From the IMG/VR virus record IMGVR_UViG_2718217859_000006: DNA of 50,414 bases. One strand, 5' to 3'. This document shows, one piece after another, positions 1 through 8,635 of the stretch (position 1 is its first letter; each line of letters starts with the position of its first letter). The notes below the pieces were generated by a model. That model saw only the letters and a program-made list of their open reading frames with translations, was not told where the DNA came from and did not search any database. The translations under genes were made by a program, and so were the position numbers. The DNA is from a virus. Lineage: Duplodnaviria; Heunggongvirae; Uroviricota; Caudoviricetes.

Positions 1-19
1 CTATTTGATAAATATTAAA

Positions 20-1315
20 TTAATTTTTCATTGCTTCGTTATGGGGCATGGTTGGGGCAAACTCGCTTAACTGTGTATTTAACAAAGCTACCTGTGCATT
101 ATTGTTTTCAGACATCCATTTTCCGTATACCTGAAATACCATTTGCGCATCTGCATGGCCCATCTGGTTTGCTATAAATGCCGGGTTAGCACCAGCTGTC
201 AGCGACCAGCAGGCATAAGTATGTCTCGACTGATATGATTTTCGATGGCGGAGTCCGGCACGTTTTATCGCTGCGTCCCACATCTGCCTTATTGAGTCAA
301 CGGTAAAATGGTCACCATAATTTTTTACTCTCGCTGACACTTCAGGTTGAAAAACAAAGGTGCATTTTTGTTTTTCTGTTCTGCCATACTCTCTGAGGTG
401 AACATCAATGATATGCTCTTTGCTCAGTCTCGTTAATGTCATCTGACTCCGGAGAGCGTCGATTGCTGGCTTAATAAGATGAATGACCCGATTGGTTCCC
501 GCCTGTGTTTTTGGTACCGTGAAACGGTCTTTTGCTAAATTTCTCCTGATCATCATTGTTCCATTTTTCAGATCTATGTCCTCCCATCCAAGTGCACACA
601 GCTCACCAGGGCGAACGCCAGTATAAACAGAAACACACCATAAATTTTTTGCTTGCTGATTTCTGCACGCATCGATAAGACGGATAAATTCCTCCCGCGC
701 AAGAGGATCCGGAATGGTTCTTGATTCCTTTAATGGCGAGATCCCCTTAAACGGATTATCTGCCAGGTAACCGTTATCAACACCAAACTGGAACACGGCG
801 TTAAGATTTGTCATGTAATTATTTACAGTTACAGCCGATCTCCCTGGTTGTGTAACAATATAGTTACTTTTGGGGATCTGGTATCCAGTCAGTAGCTCTT
901 TACGAACCTCCAGTAATTTTTCTTTATTAATCGATGAGGCAAGATTTTTTTCACCGATTATGCTCAGGATATTTTTGATGACGGCACGGTATGTGTTGAG
1001 TGATGTTTTGGCGACTTCAGTTTCTTTCAGTGCCAGAAATTTTTCAGCCAGTTCTTTTATGGTTAAATCTTGTCGGGCCTCACCAAATTTTTCCAGATTG
1101 CGTGAGGAGGGAAACTGTTTTGCATAGTCGAAAACACCAGTTTTTATTGCGTAACAAACAGAGGAGCGTAGTTCACCTGCAACGCGCCTGTTTTTTGCTG
1201 TGTCAGGAACCCCCAGATTTTCCCTGACTCTTACGCCTTTATAAACAAACCAGATACGTAATTTCCCTCCATGGTTTTCCACGCCTGTCGGATATTTCAT
1301 TTCAACTTCTCTCAT
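20..1315 (-). CDS. int: Phage integrase (tyrosine recombinase), full length
   Basis: 431-aa ORF at the prophage edge next to an excisionase-like gene; C-terminal region has the R..HxxR..Y-type catalytic motifs (RHTYACW, QMGH, VFQVYGKW). The second Met (MKYPTG, about 1300) has a better SD and may be the true start. Confidence 0.9.
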   Translation of the reverse strand: MREVEMKYPTGVENHGGKLRIWFVYKGVRVRENLGVPDTAKNRRVAGELRSSVCYAIKTGVFDYAKQFPSSRNLEKFGEARQDLTIKELAEKFLALKETEVAKTSLNTYRAVIKNILSIIGEKNLASSINKEKLLEVRKELLTGYQIPKSNYIVTQPGRSAVTVNNYMTNLNAVFQFGVDNGYLADNPFKGISPLKESRTIPDPLAREEFIRLIDACRNQQAKNLWCVSVYTGVRPGELCALGWEDIDLKNGTMMIRRNLAKDRFTVPKTQAGTNRVIHLIKPAIDALRSQMTLTRLSKEHIIDVHLREYGRTEKQKCTFVFQPEVSARVKNYGDHFTVDSIRQMWDAAIKRAGLRHRKSYQSRHTYACWSLTAGANPAFIANQMGHADAQMVFQVYGKWMSENNNAQVALLNTQLSEFAPTMPHNEAMKN

Positions 1316-1334
1316 TAGTTAGTGTGGCTTTTAG

Positions 1335-1586
1335 TCAAGTAAGATGACGTCTTGGTCTCGCTGATGCCTGGCGCTCAATCCAGCGATCAATTTCTTCCAG
1401 GTTGTAAAAGCATGGACTGTTATCCCATGGCATACCGTCATGAGCGACATGCTTATATTCCCTTCCTTCCATAAACGATTTTTCCCGGGCCTTTTTTAAC
1501 GTACCTTTTTTTATTCCTTTCAGCGCAATTAACTGCTCTTCGGATACCCATTTGCCGGGAGAGACAATCATGATTACTTCGCTCAT
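1335..1586 (-). CDS. Excisionase-like small DNA-binding protein
   Basis: 83-aa basic ORF immediately upstream of int on the same strand, the classic xis position. Confidence 0.6.
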   Translation of the reverse strand: MSEVIMIVSPGKWVSEEQLIALKGIKKGTLKKAREKSFMEGREYKHVAHDGMPWDNSPCFYNLEEIDRWIERQASARPRRHLT

Positions 1587-1658
1587 CGATTTCTTTATCT
1601 CTTACATCAGACGAGCGCCGGTTGCAGAATACCAGTCACAACCGGCGACAGTTGAACA

Positions 1659-4130
1659 TTAAGAATCAGCCTGACTCGGGATCAGTTTTTGCCAGATAAC
1701 TGAAACGTATTTTGCCTGGTAACGGGCGTCATCAAGTGCATTATGGCGCTCACCTTCGAATGGAATAGCCGTTCTGGCATCGAAGTCTATGGCTTTCCCC
1801 AGCTCAACGATTGTGCGTACATCGCGATCGTTGTAGTAACGCCACGGGCAGGGGATCCCCTGCCGTTCGTATGAACGGCGCAAAATCGTGTTGTCGAAGT
1901 TGGCTCCATTTCCCCAAACCTGAACAAAAAATTCACCGGAGTTTTCGTCGATAAATTCCCGCAATTGTAACAGTGCATCATCTAACGGGATTTCATCGGT
2001 CATAATGGCAGATTGCGCTTCGCGTGATTGCTTAAGCCACCATTTAATGGTGTCCCGATCAATGACTCCGCCAGCAGTTTCCAGATCGATAGTCTTACTA
2101 AATTCCGGTCCCATATCTCCGGTTTGCGGATCGAAAAATATTGCACCTATTGAGATGATCGGGGCATCAGGATTTTTTCCCATGGTTTCAAGGTCGATCA
2201 TTAGATGGTCACACGTCCTGCTGGTGGATGTGATTTCGTGATGACCGTTCACCTTAATTGGGTGATCTGCCGTCTCGCCAGTTTCATTATCGCTATTGTG
2301 ATGCTGATTGCCGCCAGTGTTCTCCTTGTGTGGATGTTCAGCGCCTTCCATTTCCTCCGGATCATCTTCCTGAACTTCAACCTGATACTCTTCATCGAAT
2401 GTTTCTTGGTATGTTGCGTCGCCCATCACCGCGCCACAATCAGGGCAGTTGCCGCCGCCGGTCTGACCGCAGGCGGTGCAGGCTTTTTCCACTTCCTGTT
2501 GCGCCACTGGTTCAGGCTGTTTCGTTTCTGGCTCGTTTTGTAACGCATTTGGACTGTTTTGTTCCGCTTTTTGGTAGTTCCGTTCCGATTCATGCTGGTT
2601 CTGGTTCACAGAATCGCGGGTCTGGATCCCCTTAACCCATTTCGGATCATTCGGGTCACTAATCCCTTCAACAAATTCACCACGTGATGCAGCAAGCAAC
2701 TTATCGGCGTCAGGCTGGCTGATATTGGCTGCCTGCATAATTTTGTTTACTTCGTCAGCGGTAACTTTTATCGGCTCTGGTTGTTCTGAATCTTCAGCGG
2801 TATCTACATTTTGCGGTAAGCCCGTGTATGTGCCATTTTTTCGGGCAAAATATTCTTCTTTTGTGATTTCAGTGGCGCCAGCAGCCAGTGCCTTATCCAG
2901 ACCAGAAAGTTTGTTTGCGCGACCGTATTTTTCTCCGTCCTTATCTGCGAAGAGGAAATAGAACGGCCCCTCACGCTCTACAGATGGTTCAGCTTCCGGC
3001 GCGGTTTCATTTTTTGGGATATCAGATACCTCAGTTTCCACTGCATCAGTTTGTGTTTCTGATGACTGGAGAACATCAACAGTGCCCAGGTCTGTTTCTT
3101 CATTCTCAAACACGCCCTTTGTCGTCAGGTATTCGCAGATATATTTGTTCAGTGCTACGGGATCTTTGTGAATGTCGATCGGACGCTCACGGACAAGGCC
3201 AAAAATAGTTTGGCGGTCGTAGCGAAGGGCATCAGGCTGTTTGCGCATTGATGCCGAGATACGCTTCCAGTCTTCGCGGTCGTTGTCGATAACTTCTTTT
3301 TTTGCCCAGCGATGGATGCTGCCGTCAATGTTTCCGGCATCCACATCACCAGGCCAGAGAGCGTAGGCCAGTTCGTCATCCAGTGTTTTCCATGTCTGCT
3401 TGTATTCGCGATGAATGGCAGCAATGACCGGGCTGATTTTTCCTGTTGAATTTTCAGTGTACTGTTGATTGGCTCTGGCGCGGGCGAGATCAACAACAGA
3501 CGTGTATTTTCCGGTTTCCTTGCGTTCACCTTCGCGACGTTTTTTCCAGATGCGCATCTCTGCCTGAATTTCGGGCCATTTAGCACCAGGAATACATTTA
3601 TGCTTAACCCACCCAATGGCGTGCAACTTAAGCTCCGGATACATGGCGTTAACTTCTGGCATTTTCATCAACGCTTCAACGATATGTCCGTCGAATGTTG
3701 CCATGTCTTCCTGCAACAATTCCTGTGCGCTAATAACCATATCAACGGTGATGTTTTCACATGTGTCGAACTTAACCATGACAGCGTTCTGTACTTCAGG
3801 GGCCAGCTTGTCAAAAGTGACGTTCATCGGATCGGATTCAGTCTCAACCGGGACAAAAGAAGCAGACTCCTCATCCCAGCGGTTTTCCTGCATATATTCA
3901 GCATCCCATGAATCGAGGGCAGGGCGGGGTATGCCAGGTTTATCCTCGCAGACAATAAATTTATAAGCGCAGTCCTGAGCAGCCGGATAATGTTCCAGGA
4001 ACTGCCAGTGAAATTTTGCTCGAGCACGGCGTTCGTCGCCAGCTTCAATGGCTGTGGCTACAGCCACAGCGCCTTCTTCCCTTGTTGCCAGTTCGTCAGG
4101 AATAGCGGCGCAAATAAAGACTTTACTCAT
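1659..4130 (-). CDS. Prophage exonuclease (exodeoxyribonuclease VIII-like), C-terminal DnaQ-like 3'-5' exonuclease domain
   Basis: 823-aa ORF with a GAGGT SD; C-terminal 180 aa carry DEDDh-type motifs (MIDLETMG, WGNGANFD, HNALDDA). Sits where the IS2-disrupted ydfE fragment lies in K-12 Qin. Confidence 0.85.
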   Translation of the reverse strand: MSKVFICAAIPDELATREEGAVAVATAIEAGDERRARAKFHWQFLEHYPAAQDCAYKFIVCEDKPGIPRPALDSWDAEYMQENRWDEESASFVPVETESDPMNVTFDKLAPEVQNAVMVKFDTCENITVDMVISAQELLQEDMATFDGHIVEALMKMPEVNAMYPELKLHAIGWVKHKCIPGAKWPEIQAEMRIWKKRREGERKETGKYTSVVDLARARANQQYTENSTGKISPVIAAIHREYKQTWKTLDDELAYALWPGDVDAGNIDGSIHRWAKKEVIDNDREDWKRISASMRKQPDALRYDRQTIFGLVRERPIDIHKDPVALNKYICEYLTTKGVFENEETDLGTVDVLQSSETQTDAVETEVSDIPKNETAPEAEPSVEREGPFYFLFADKDGEKYGRANKLSGLDKALAAGATEITKEEYFARKNGTYTGLPQNVDTAEDSEQPEPIKVTADEVNKIMQAANISQPDADKLLAASRGEFVEGISDPNDPKWVKGIQTRDSVNQNQHESERNYQKAEQNSPNALQNEPETKQPEPVAQQEVEKACTACGQTGGGNCPDCGAVMGDATYQETFDEEYQVEVQEDDPEEMEGAEHPHKENTGGNQHHNSDNETGETADHPIKVNGHHEITSTSRTCDHLMIDLETMGKNPDAPIISIGAIFFDPQTGDMGPEFSKTIDLETAGGVIDRDTIKWWLKQSREAQSAIMTDEIPLDDALLQLREFIDENSGEFFVQVWGNGANFDNTILRRSYERQGIPCPWRYYNDRDVRTIVELGKAIDFDARTAIPFEGERHNALDDARYQAKYVSVIWQKLIPSQADS

Positions 4131-4223
4131 TTTGTTTTAACCTCATGACAGATTTAAGGATGAACAAATCCCTGCCATTGCTGGCATATAAGAATGAAAC
4201 CGGATATTTATTACGGAACTGTT

Positions 4224-4415
4224 TTAAAGACCTGCCGGGATTTCGATATTATCCTGGTGAATAACTTTATCGACCGGGTAACAGTTACCGGGAATTTTCT
4301 GTTCGGTTGCTGCAGTCATACACTCCTGCATTGTCCTGTGAACACTGACTGCAATATCAACTGGCACTCCGGAAACAAGAAAAACTGTCAGAACAAGCGC
4401 AAATGCTGAATTCAT
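4224..4415 (-). CDS. ydfD: YdfD-like small lysis/membrane protein (63 aa)
   Basis: Protein MNSAFALVLTVFLVSG... closely resembles K-12 YdfD as recalled; start overlaps the dicB stop (ATGA). Confidence 0.75.
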   Translation of the reverse strand: MNSAFALVLTVFLVSGVPVDIAVSVHRTMQECMTAATEQKIPGNCYPVDKVIHQDNIEIPAGL

Positions 4416-4600
4416 TGTGCACATCCTTTTGGCATCAGACGTAAACGAGCCAGCATTGAAACAATGCATATTTTATTTAATAGCTCCCGTTCTTGTTTTC
4501 TCTTGTTAATGGCATCTTCAGTAAATACAGGGTTACTGATAGTGACACCAATTTCAAAACAACCTTCAGACGTATTAACGTTTGGTAATAACGTTTTCAT
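4412..4600 (-). CDS. dicB: Cell division inhibitor DicB (62 aa)
   Basis: Protein MKTLLPNVNTSEGCFEIGVTISNPVFTEDAINKRKQERELLNKICIVSMLARLRLMPKGCAQ matches DicB as recalled; lies just downstream of DicF. Confidence 0.85.
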   Translation of the reverse strand: MKTLLPNVNTSEGCFEIGVTISNPVFTEDAINKRKQERELLNKICIVSMLARLRLMPKGCAQ

Positions 4601-4774
4601 TATCGCGTCCTCAACAATGAATTTTGTGATGCAGTGCCTGGTGCCTCCAGGTGACGTTAACCAGTTAACAATTAACGTCGGATACAGAGAATCCACCCAT
4701 AACACTGTTTTTGGTTTTAACTGTTCCGCGTGCGCTTAGCCGTATTCACCGCATCACAAAATTCACTTTAAAAA

Positions 4775-4827
4775 GGGCGGCAGAGCAGTCACGGAGTAAA
4801 ACTGATACCGCCAAACGTCACCAGAAA
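4775..4827 (-). ncRNA. dicF: DicF small regulatory RNA (53 nt, anti-ftsZ), followed by a U-tract
   Basis: Reverse complement reads TTTCTGGTGACGTTTGGCGGTATCAGTTTTACTCCGTGACTGCTCTGCCGCCC then TTTTT, matching the DicF sequence as recalled; correct position between ydfC-like ORF and dicB. Confidence 0.85.
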
Positions 4828-5086
4828 ATTGATAACAGAGGGCGTTGCAGCGGGGTTGTCACTTAAGCGTATGGTCAACCTGACAACCCGGTGTCCTCAA
4901 CGGGGAAGGAATAACCCCGCCATACTTACCGCCGCGCCATTTTGCGGGTTGCCACAACCGGAAGCGCACGGTCGAATTAAATTTAACGACACCGTACAGT
5001 GAGACGAACTTCGCCGTGCGCTTTCGTGTTGTGTGCCTGCTTTTAACCACGTCAGGCGAGGTGGTATCCTTAAAATCACCACAGTT

Positions 5087-5662
5087 TTAAGGATTCATTA
5101 AGCAATGTCGCAACCACCAATAAATCCGCTTAAGAACATGAAAATTGATTACTGGTATAAAGCTCTTACAGTTGTTGGCGCTGCGTTGTTTGTCTTTAAT
5201 GGAACGTCTTTTTTTGACAGATATCCCGTTGTTCCATTGGGTTTTTTGTCCTCCGGCATCTTTTTTATTGGTTTGGGGGAGTGGATTAATCACCCTCTCA
5301 TAGTGAGATTTATTGGTCCTGGAGTTTGGACTCGTGGATATAATCGTTCTTCGTGCGCACTCGGTATCATCTTCGACATACTTGGTTGTTTCCTGATTGT
5401 TACAGGAGTCGTCAAGTTCTTCTGATGTAAAACCGCAAATGGGGCACGTAACGGGAATTTTGAAAAGCGTTTCTCCGGGTTCCAGAACAAAATTTTCTGC
5501 GGTCTGATTTTGCTTCTCATATTTGTGCTCCGCGTCATTGTGAGAGCACATTCTTATTCTGAGTGCCTGTTTAAACTCACTGAAGCTGAGAGCTTCTTCG
5601 CCTTCTGCAAGGCCTTCGAAGTATTCTTCGTAAGCCTTTTCCATGATTGTGTCGAAATCCAT
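5087..5662 (-). CDS. YdfB/YdfC-like ORF of the dicB operon (appears as one continuous 192-aa frame)
   Basis: Strong AGGTGA SD 5 nt before Met (MDFDTIMEKAYEEYFEG...); contains a CPICG zinc-ribbon-like motif; C-terminal 80 aa are low-complexity and overlap a plus-strand ORF. Confidence 0.4.
   Translation of the reverse strand: MDFDTIMEKAYEEYFEGLAEGEEALSFSEFKQALRIRMCSHNDAEHKYEKQNQTAENFVLEPGETLFKIPVTCPICGFTSEELDDSCNNQETTKYVEDDTECARRTIISTSPNSRTNKSHYERVINPLPQTNKKDAGGQKTQWNNGISVKKRRSIKDKQRSANNCKSFIPVINFHVLKRIYWWLRHCLMNP
5105..5425 (+). CDS. Hypothetical small membrane protein (2-3 predicted TM helices), antisense to the ydfB/C-like ORF
   Basis: 106-aa ORF with AGGA SD; strongly hydrophobic segments (ALTVVGAALFVF, GFLSSGIFFIGLG, GIIFDILGCFLIVTGVV). 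Only one of this and the overlapping minus-strand frame can be fully coding. Confidence 0.3.
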   Translation: MSQPPINPLKNMKIDYWYKALTVVGAALFVFNGTSFFDRYPVVPLGFLSSGIFFIGLGEWINHPLIVRFIGPGVWTRGYNRSSCALGIIFDILGCFLIVTGVVKFF

Positions 5663-5663
5663 A

Positions 5664-5819
5664 TCACTCACCTGAGTTTCTTTCCAGCCAGCGACGGGCA
5701 CCATTTTCGGTTTTAAACGTTTTGCTTTTGGTATACGTCATCGCGGTGAACGTGCCGTCCTGGTTGGGGAACACGCCACATACCAGAGATTCGCTGTTGC
5801 CAAGATCGATAGTATCCAT
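5664..5819 (-). CDS. ydfA: YdfA-like small protein (51 aa)
   Basis: MDTIDLGNSESLVCGVFPNQDGTFTAMTYTKSKTFKTENGARRWLERNSGE; first gene of the dicB operon, after dicA on the same strand. Confidence 0.75.
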   Translation of the reverse strand: MDTIDLGNSESLVCGVFPNQDGTFTAMTYTKSKTFKTENGARRWLERNSGE

Positions 5820-5895
5820 GCTGACCTCATTTCCCCTTAACGCCGGGGTAGCGGAACTGTTTGCTGAGAACACCGTGCGGTGTCTTGATGGAGGT

Positions 5896-5946
5896 AATTT
5901 AGTTTTCTCATTATTTTTCGTCAAGGTTTTTTGATGAGAAAACTCA
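5896..5946 (-). promoter_or_regulatory. Putative dicB-operon promoter (-35 TTGACG, 17-bp spacer, -10 TAAATT) flanked by inverted operator half-sites TGAGAAAACT
   Basis: Read on the minus strand: TTGACG-N17-TAAATT; a perfect 10-bp inverted repeat AGTTTTCTCA (5901-5910) and TGAGAAAACT (5935-5944) brackets it. Confidence 0.5.
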
Positions 5947-6011
5947 AGTGTTGGCGCAAGATAAAGCCAATACATTGAAATGTAAGGCTTTAAAATTTTG
6001 TGAAGGGATGA

Positions 6012-6419
6012 TTATTGATGCTTGTTGCGTTTGCGAGCCTCTAATAGCTCGGTGAACAGGCGATTAAAATTCTCAACGCGGGCGCGGAGTTCGCTGAGTT
6101 GTGCTTGTTGCTCTGATTTAGGAAGTGCGCGATACAAACGCAGCATCTCTAACTCATCTTCCGATAAGTCTAAGGCACTATCGAGTGAAACAGGGGGAGC
6201 TGGTGTTTTGTCCTCGTCGCCAAACAGTATCCAAGTTGGTGAACATTGCAATACCTCGGCGAGGCGATGCAAATTTTGCCCGCGCGGGGCTGTATGGTCA
6301 CTTTCCCATAATGAAATTGATGAGCCAGATACGCCAGCAGCTTTGCTTAAACCGTTTTGACTTAAGCCTACCTGCTTACGTCTTTCTCTAATGCGTTGAC
6401 CTAAAGTTTTCTCGTTCAT
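6012..6419 (-). CDS. dicA: DicA-like HTH (XRE-family) repressor
   Basis: From Met-18 of the 152-aa ORF (MNEKTLGQRIRERRKQVGLSQ...), 135 aa like DicA; ends LQCSPTWILFGDEDK...NFNRLFTELLEARKRNKHQ; divergent from a Cro-like gene. Confidence 0.85.
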   Translation of the reverse strand: MNEKTLGQRIRERRKQVGLSQNGLSKAAGVSGSSISLWESDHTAPRGQNLHRLAEVLQCSPTWILFGDEDKTPAPPVSLDSALDLSEDELEMLRLYRALPKSEQQAQLSELRARVENFNRLFTELLEARKRNKHQ

Positions 6420-6440
6420 ATTTAGATATCTTAATAACCC

Positions 6441-6484
6441 TTGACTTGAGATTCCTTGAGTGATTAGCATTGAGAAAACTCAAT
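6441..6484. promoter_or_regulatory. dicA/dicC divergent control region with operator-like repeat ATTGAGAAAACTCAAT and a -35-like TTGACT
   Basis: Same TGAGAAAACT motif as at the dicB promoter; TTGAG occurs three times within 45 bp; located between the divergent repressor genes. Confidence 0.45.
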
Positions 6485-6496
6485 ATTGGAGGTGCG

Positions 6497-6724
6497 ATGT
6501 TTAAATCAGACGTAATTAATTTTTACGGTACGAAAGCCAAAGTAGCGAAAGCTGCTGGCGTTGACCCATCTGCTGTTTCTCAATGGCAAGAGCTGGTTCC
6601 TGAAGGTCGCGCGATGCGTCTACAGGAGGCATCTGGCGGCGAGCTTCTGTATGATCCCAAGGTTTATGACGAATATCGTAAGACGAAGCGGGCGGGGCGG
6701 TTGAACAATGAAAATCACTCCTGA
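6497..6724 (+). CDS. dicC: DicC-like (Cro-like) regulator
   Basis: 75 aa from ATG with GGAGG SD (MFKSDVINFYGTKAKVAKAAG...EGRAMRLQEASGGELLYDPKVYDEY); divergent from dicA. Confidence 0.8.
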   Translation: MFKSDVINFYGTKAKVAKAAGVDPSAVSQWQELVPEGRAMRLQEASGGELLYDPKVYDEYRKTKRAGRLNNENHS

Positions 6725-7229
6725 ACAGGCTCGTGAGGCTCTGGATGCCTGGATATGTCGACCAGGAATGACACAGGAGCAGGCGACGATATTAATCACT
6801 GAAGCATTCTGGGCTTTGAAAGAGCGCCCGAACATCGATGTTCAGCGTGTCACAGATGAAGGTGGCGCGGTTGATCAGCGAGCACTTGGCGTTAATCGAG
6901 TGAAGATATTCGAACGCTGGAAGGCTATCGACACCAGGGATAAGCGTGAAAAGTTCACGGCGCTAGTGCCTGCAATTATGGAGGCTATTCGGATTAATGA
7001 TTTCAGGTTGTATCGTGAAATTAGTGACGGAAAAAGCATCACGTACATGATCGCCGGGTTAAACAAAGAATATGGCGATGTGGTGGAGTCCGGACTGCTT
7101 TTTGCTGATCCTGCCGTAGTGGATCGTGAAACTGACGAACTTATAGAAAAAGCAATTGCTTTCAAACTTGCGTATCGACAGCAATACCAACAAAAAGCTG
7201 GATGGAATTATGAGCCTTCTTTTTGCTGA
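6708..7229 (+). CDS. YdaT-like protein (lambdoid early-right operon)
   Basis: 173-aa ORF directly after the cro-like gene, the position YdaT occupies in Rac. Confidence 0.65.
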   Translation: MKITPEQAREALDAWICRPGMTQEQATILITEAFWALKERPNIDVQRVTDEGGAVDQRALGVNRVKIFERWKAIDTRDKREKFTALVPAIMEAIRINDFRLYREISDGKSITYMIAGLNKEYGDVVESGLLFADPAVVDRETDELIEKAIAFKLAYRQQYQQKAGWNYEPSFC

Positions 7230-8175
7230 ACGCCCACTGGTTATAAACACACAGCTTGCGATGAAGATTGGCTTAAATGAAGCCATTGTGTTGCAGCAGT
7301 TGCATTACTGGTTGAGAGATACCAATTCCGGCATGGAATGTGATGGTGTTCGCTGGATTTACAACACAACGGAACAATGGCTGGAACAGTTCCCATTCTG
7401 GTCAGAGTCAACGTTAAAGCGCGCGTTTGCAAGTCTGAAAACGCTGGGGCTTTTGCGTTGTGAAAAGCTCAATAAATCAAAGCGCGATATGACCAATTTC
7501 TACACGATCAACTACGGGAGCGAGCTTTTAGATGGTGGCAAATTGAGCGAATCCATCGGTTTAAAATGCGCCGCTCCATCAGGTCAAAATGACACGATGG
7601 AAGAGGTCAAAATGAAACGCTCCATTGGTTCAAAACGACCCAATGTCATCGGGTCAAAATGGCCTGATGATCTTACAGAGAATACAACAGAGATTACTAC
7701 AGAGAATAAAAACACTTTTCGTCCGGAAGCTTCGCAACCGGATCCGCAGACCGCTGAACAGGATTTTTTAACCCGGAACCCCGACGCGGTTGTGTTTAGT
7801 GCGAAAAAACGCCAGTGGGGTAGCAGGGAGGATTTGGCGTGTGCGCAGTGGATTTGGGGGCGGATCGTGAACCTTTACGAACAGGCTGCCAGCGACGATG
7901 GAGAGATCATGCGACCAAAAGAGCCTAACTGGACAGCCTGGGCCAATGACGTGCGCACAATGCGGATGCTGGATGGCAGAAGCCACAGACAAATTTGCGA
8001 AATGTTTGGTCGGGTACAGCGAGATCAATTCTGGGTAAAAAACATCATGAGCCCGTCAAAACTCCGCGAAAAATGGGACGAACTGGTCATCCGCCTGGGA
8101 CGTTCACCTGTAAAGCGTTGTGTGAATCATATTTCTGAACCGGATACAGAAATTCCGCCTGGTTTCAGGGGATAA
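7210..8175 (+). CDS. Putative replication initiation protein (winged-helix N-terminal domain)
   Basis: 322 aa from ATG 7210 (the track start at 7156 is TTG); N-terminal region LNEAIVLQQLHYWL...TLKRAFASLKTLGLL resembles phage replication-initiator DNA-binding domains; position after cro/ydaT. Confidence 0.6.
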   Translation: MSLLFAERPLVINTQLAMKIGLNEAIVLQQLHYWLRDTNSGMECDGVRWIYNTTEQWLEQFPFWSESTLKRAFASLKTLGLLRCEKLNKSKRDMTNFYTINYGSELLDGGKLSESIGLKCAAPSGQNDTMEEVKMKRSIGSKRPNVIGSKWPDDLTENTTEITTENKNTFRPEASQPDPQTAEQDFLTRNPDAVVFSAKKRQWGSREDLACAQWIWGRIVNLYEQAASDDGEIMRPKEPNWTAWANDVRTMRMLDGRSHRQICEMFGRVQRDQFWVKNIMSPSKLREKWDELVIRLGRSPVKRCVNHISEPDTEIPPGFRG

Positions 8176-8215
8176 GTGTTGATTTTAGGGTATAAAGTAA
8201 TGTTCAGGAGGACTT

Positions 8216-8635
8216 GTGGCAAAAGTTTTTACACAAGAAGAGCGGGAAAAAATTAAAGGGCAGGTGGTGGAACTCGTACGCCAGAGTGGGCGCGAGACGT
8301 TACGACAACTGGAAGCTAAAACTGGGGCAACAAGATATCTGATGAGCGTTCTGGCCAGAGAGCTGGTTGCCAGTGGCGATGTATACAGCTCTGGTTACGG
8401 GTTATTCCCGTCTGAACAGGCGCGTAAGGACTGGCAAAACGCCCGCAAAAAACTCTCGAGGGCAAAGGTGAAGAAACCTGCTGTGGTTGATCCGGACCTT
8501 ATCTGGTCATTACCTGACGGAGAAATACGTCGCTACGACAGTCGTCTAAACATAATCTGTCGCGAGTGCCGGAAGGCAAGGAGAAGCAGGCTATTGTTAA
8601 CATCAAGCTGTAATGTCCCCTTTGAACCATTCTAA
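8216..8635 (+). CDS. Hypothetical protein (GTG start with AGGAGG SD); 3' end may be altered by the adjacent IS
   Basis: 139-aa ORF; perfect SD caggagga 4 nt before GTG; runs into the region just upstream of the transposase gene. Confidence 0.45.
   Translation: MAKVFTQEEREKIKGQVVELVRQSGRETLRQLEAKTGATRYLMSVLARELVASGDVYSSGYGLFPSEQARKDWQNARKKLSRAKVKKPAVVDPDLIWSLPDGEIRRYDSRLNIICRECRKARRSRLLLTSSCNVPFEPF

Noticed and set aside
1-19. Left attachment site next to the integrase
   Set aside because: Only 19 nt lie left of the int stop and no repeat matching the right junction near 49125 is visible, so attL is probably outside the window.
2005-3966. Multiple 75-150-aa plus-strand ORFs opposite the exonuclease gene
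   Set aside because: All lie antisense within the 823-aa exonuclease ORF and have no SD; treated as frame noise.
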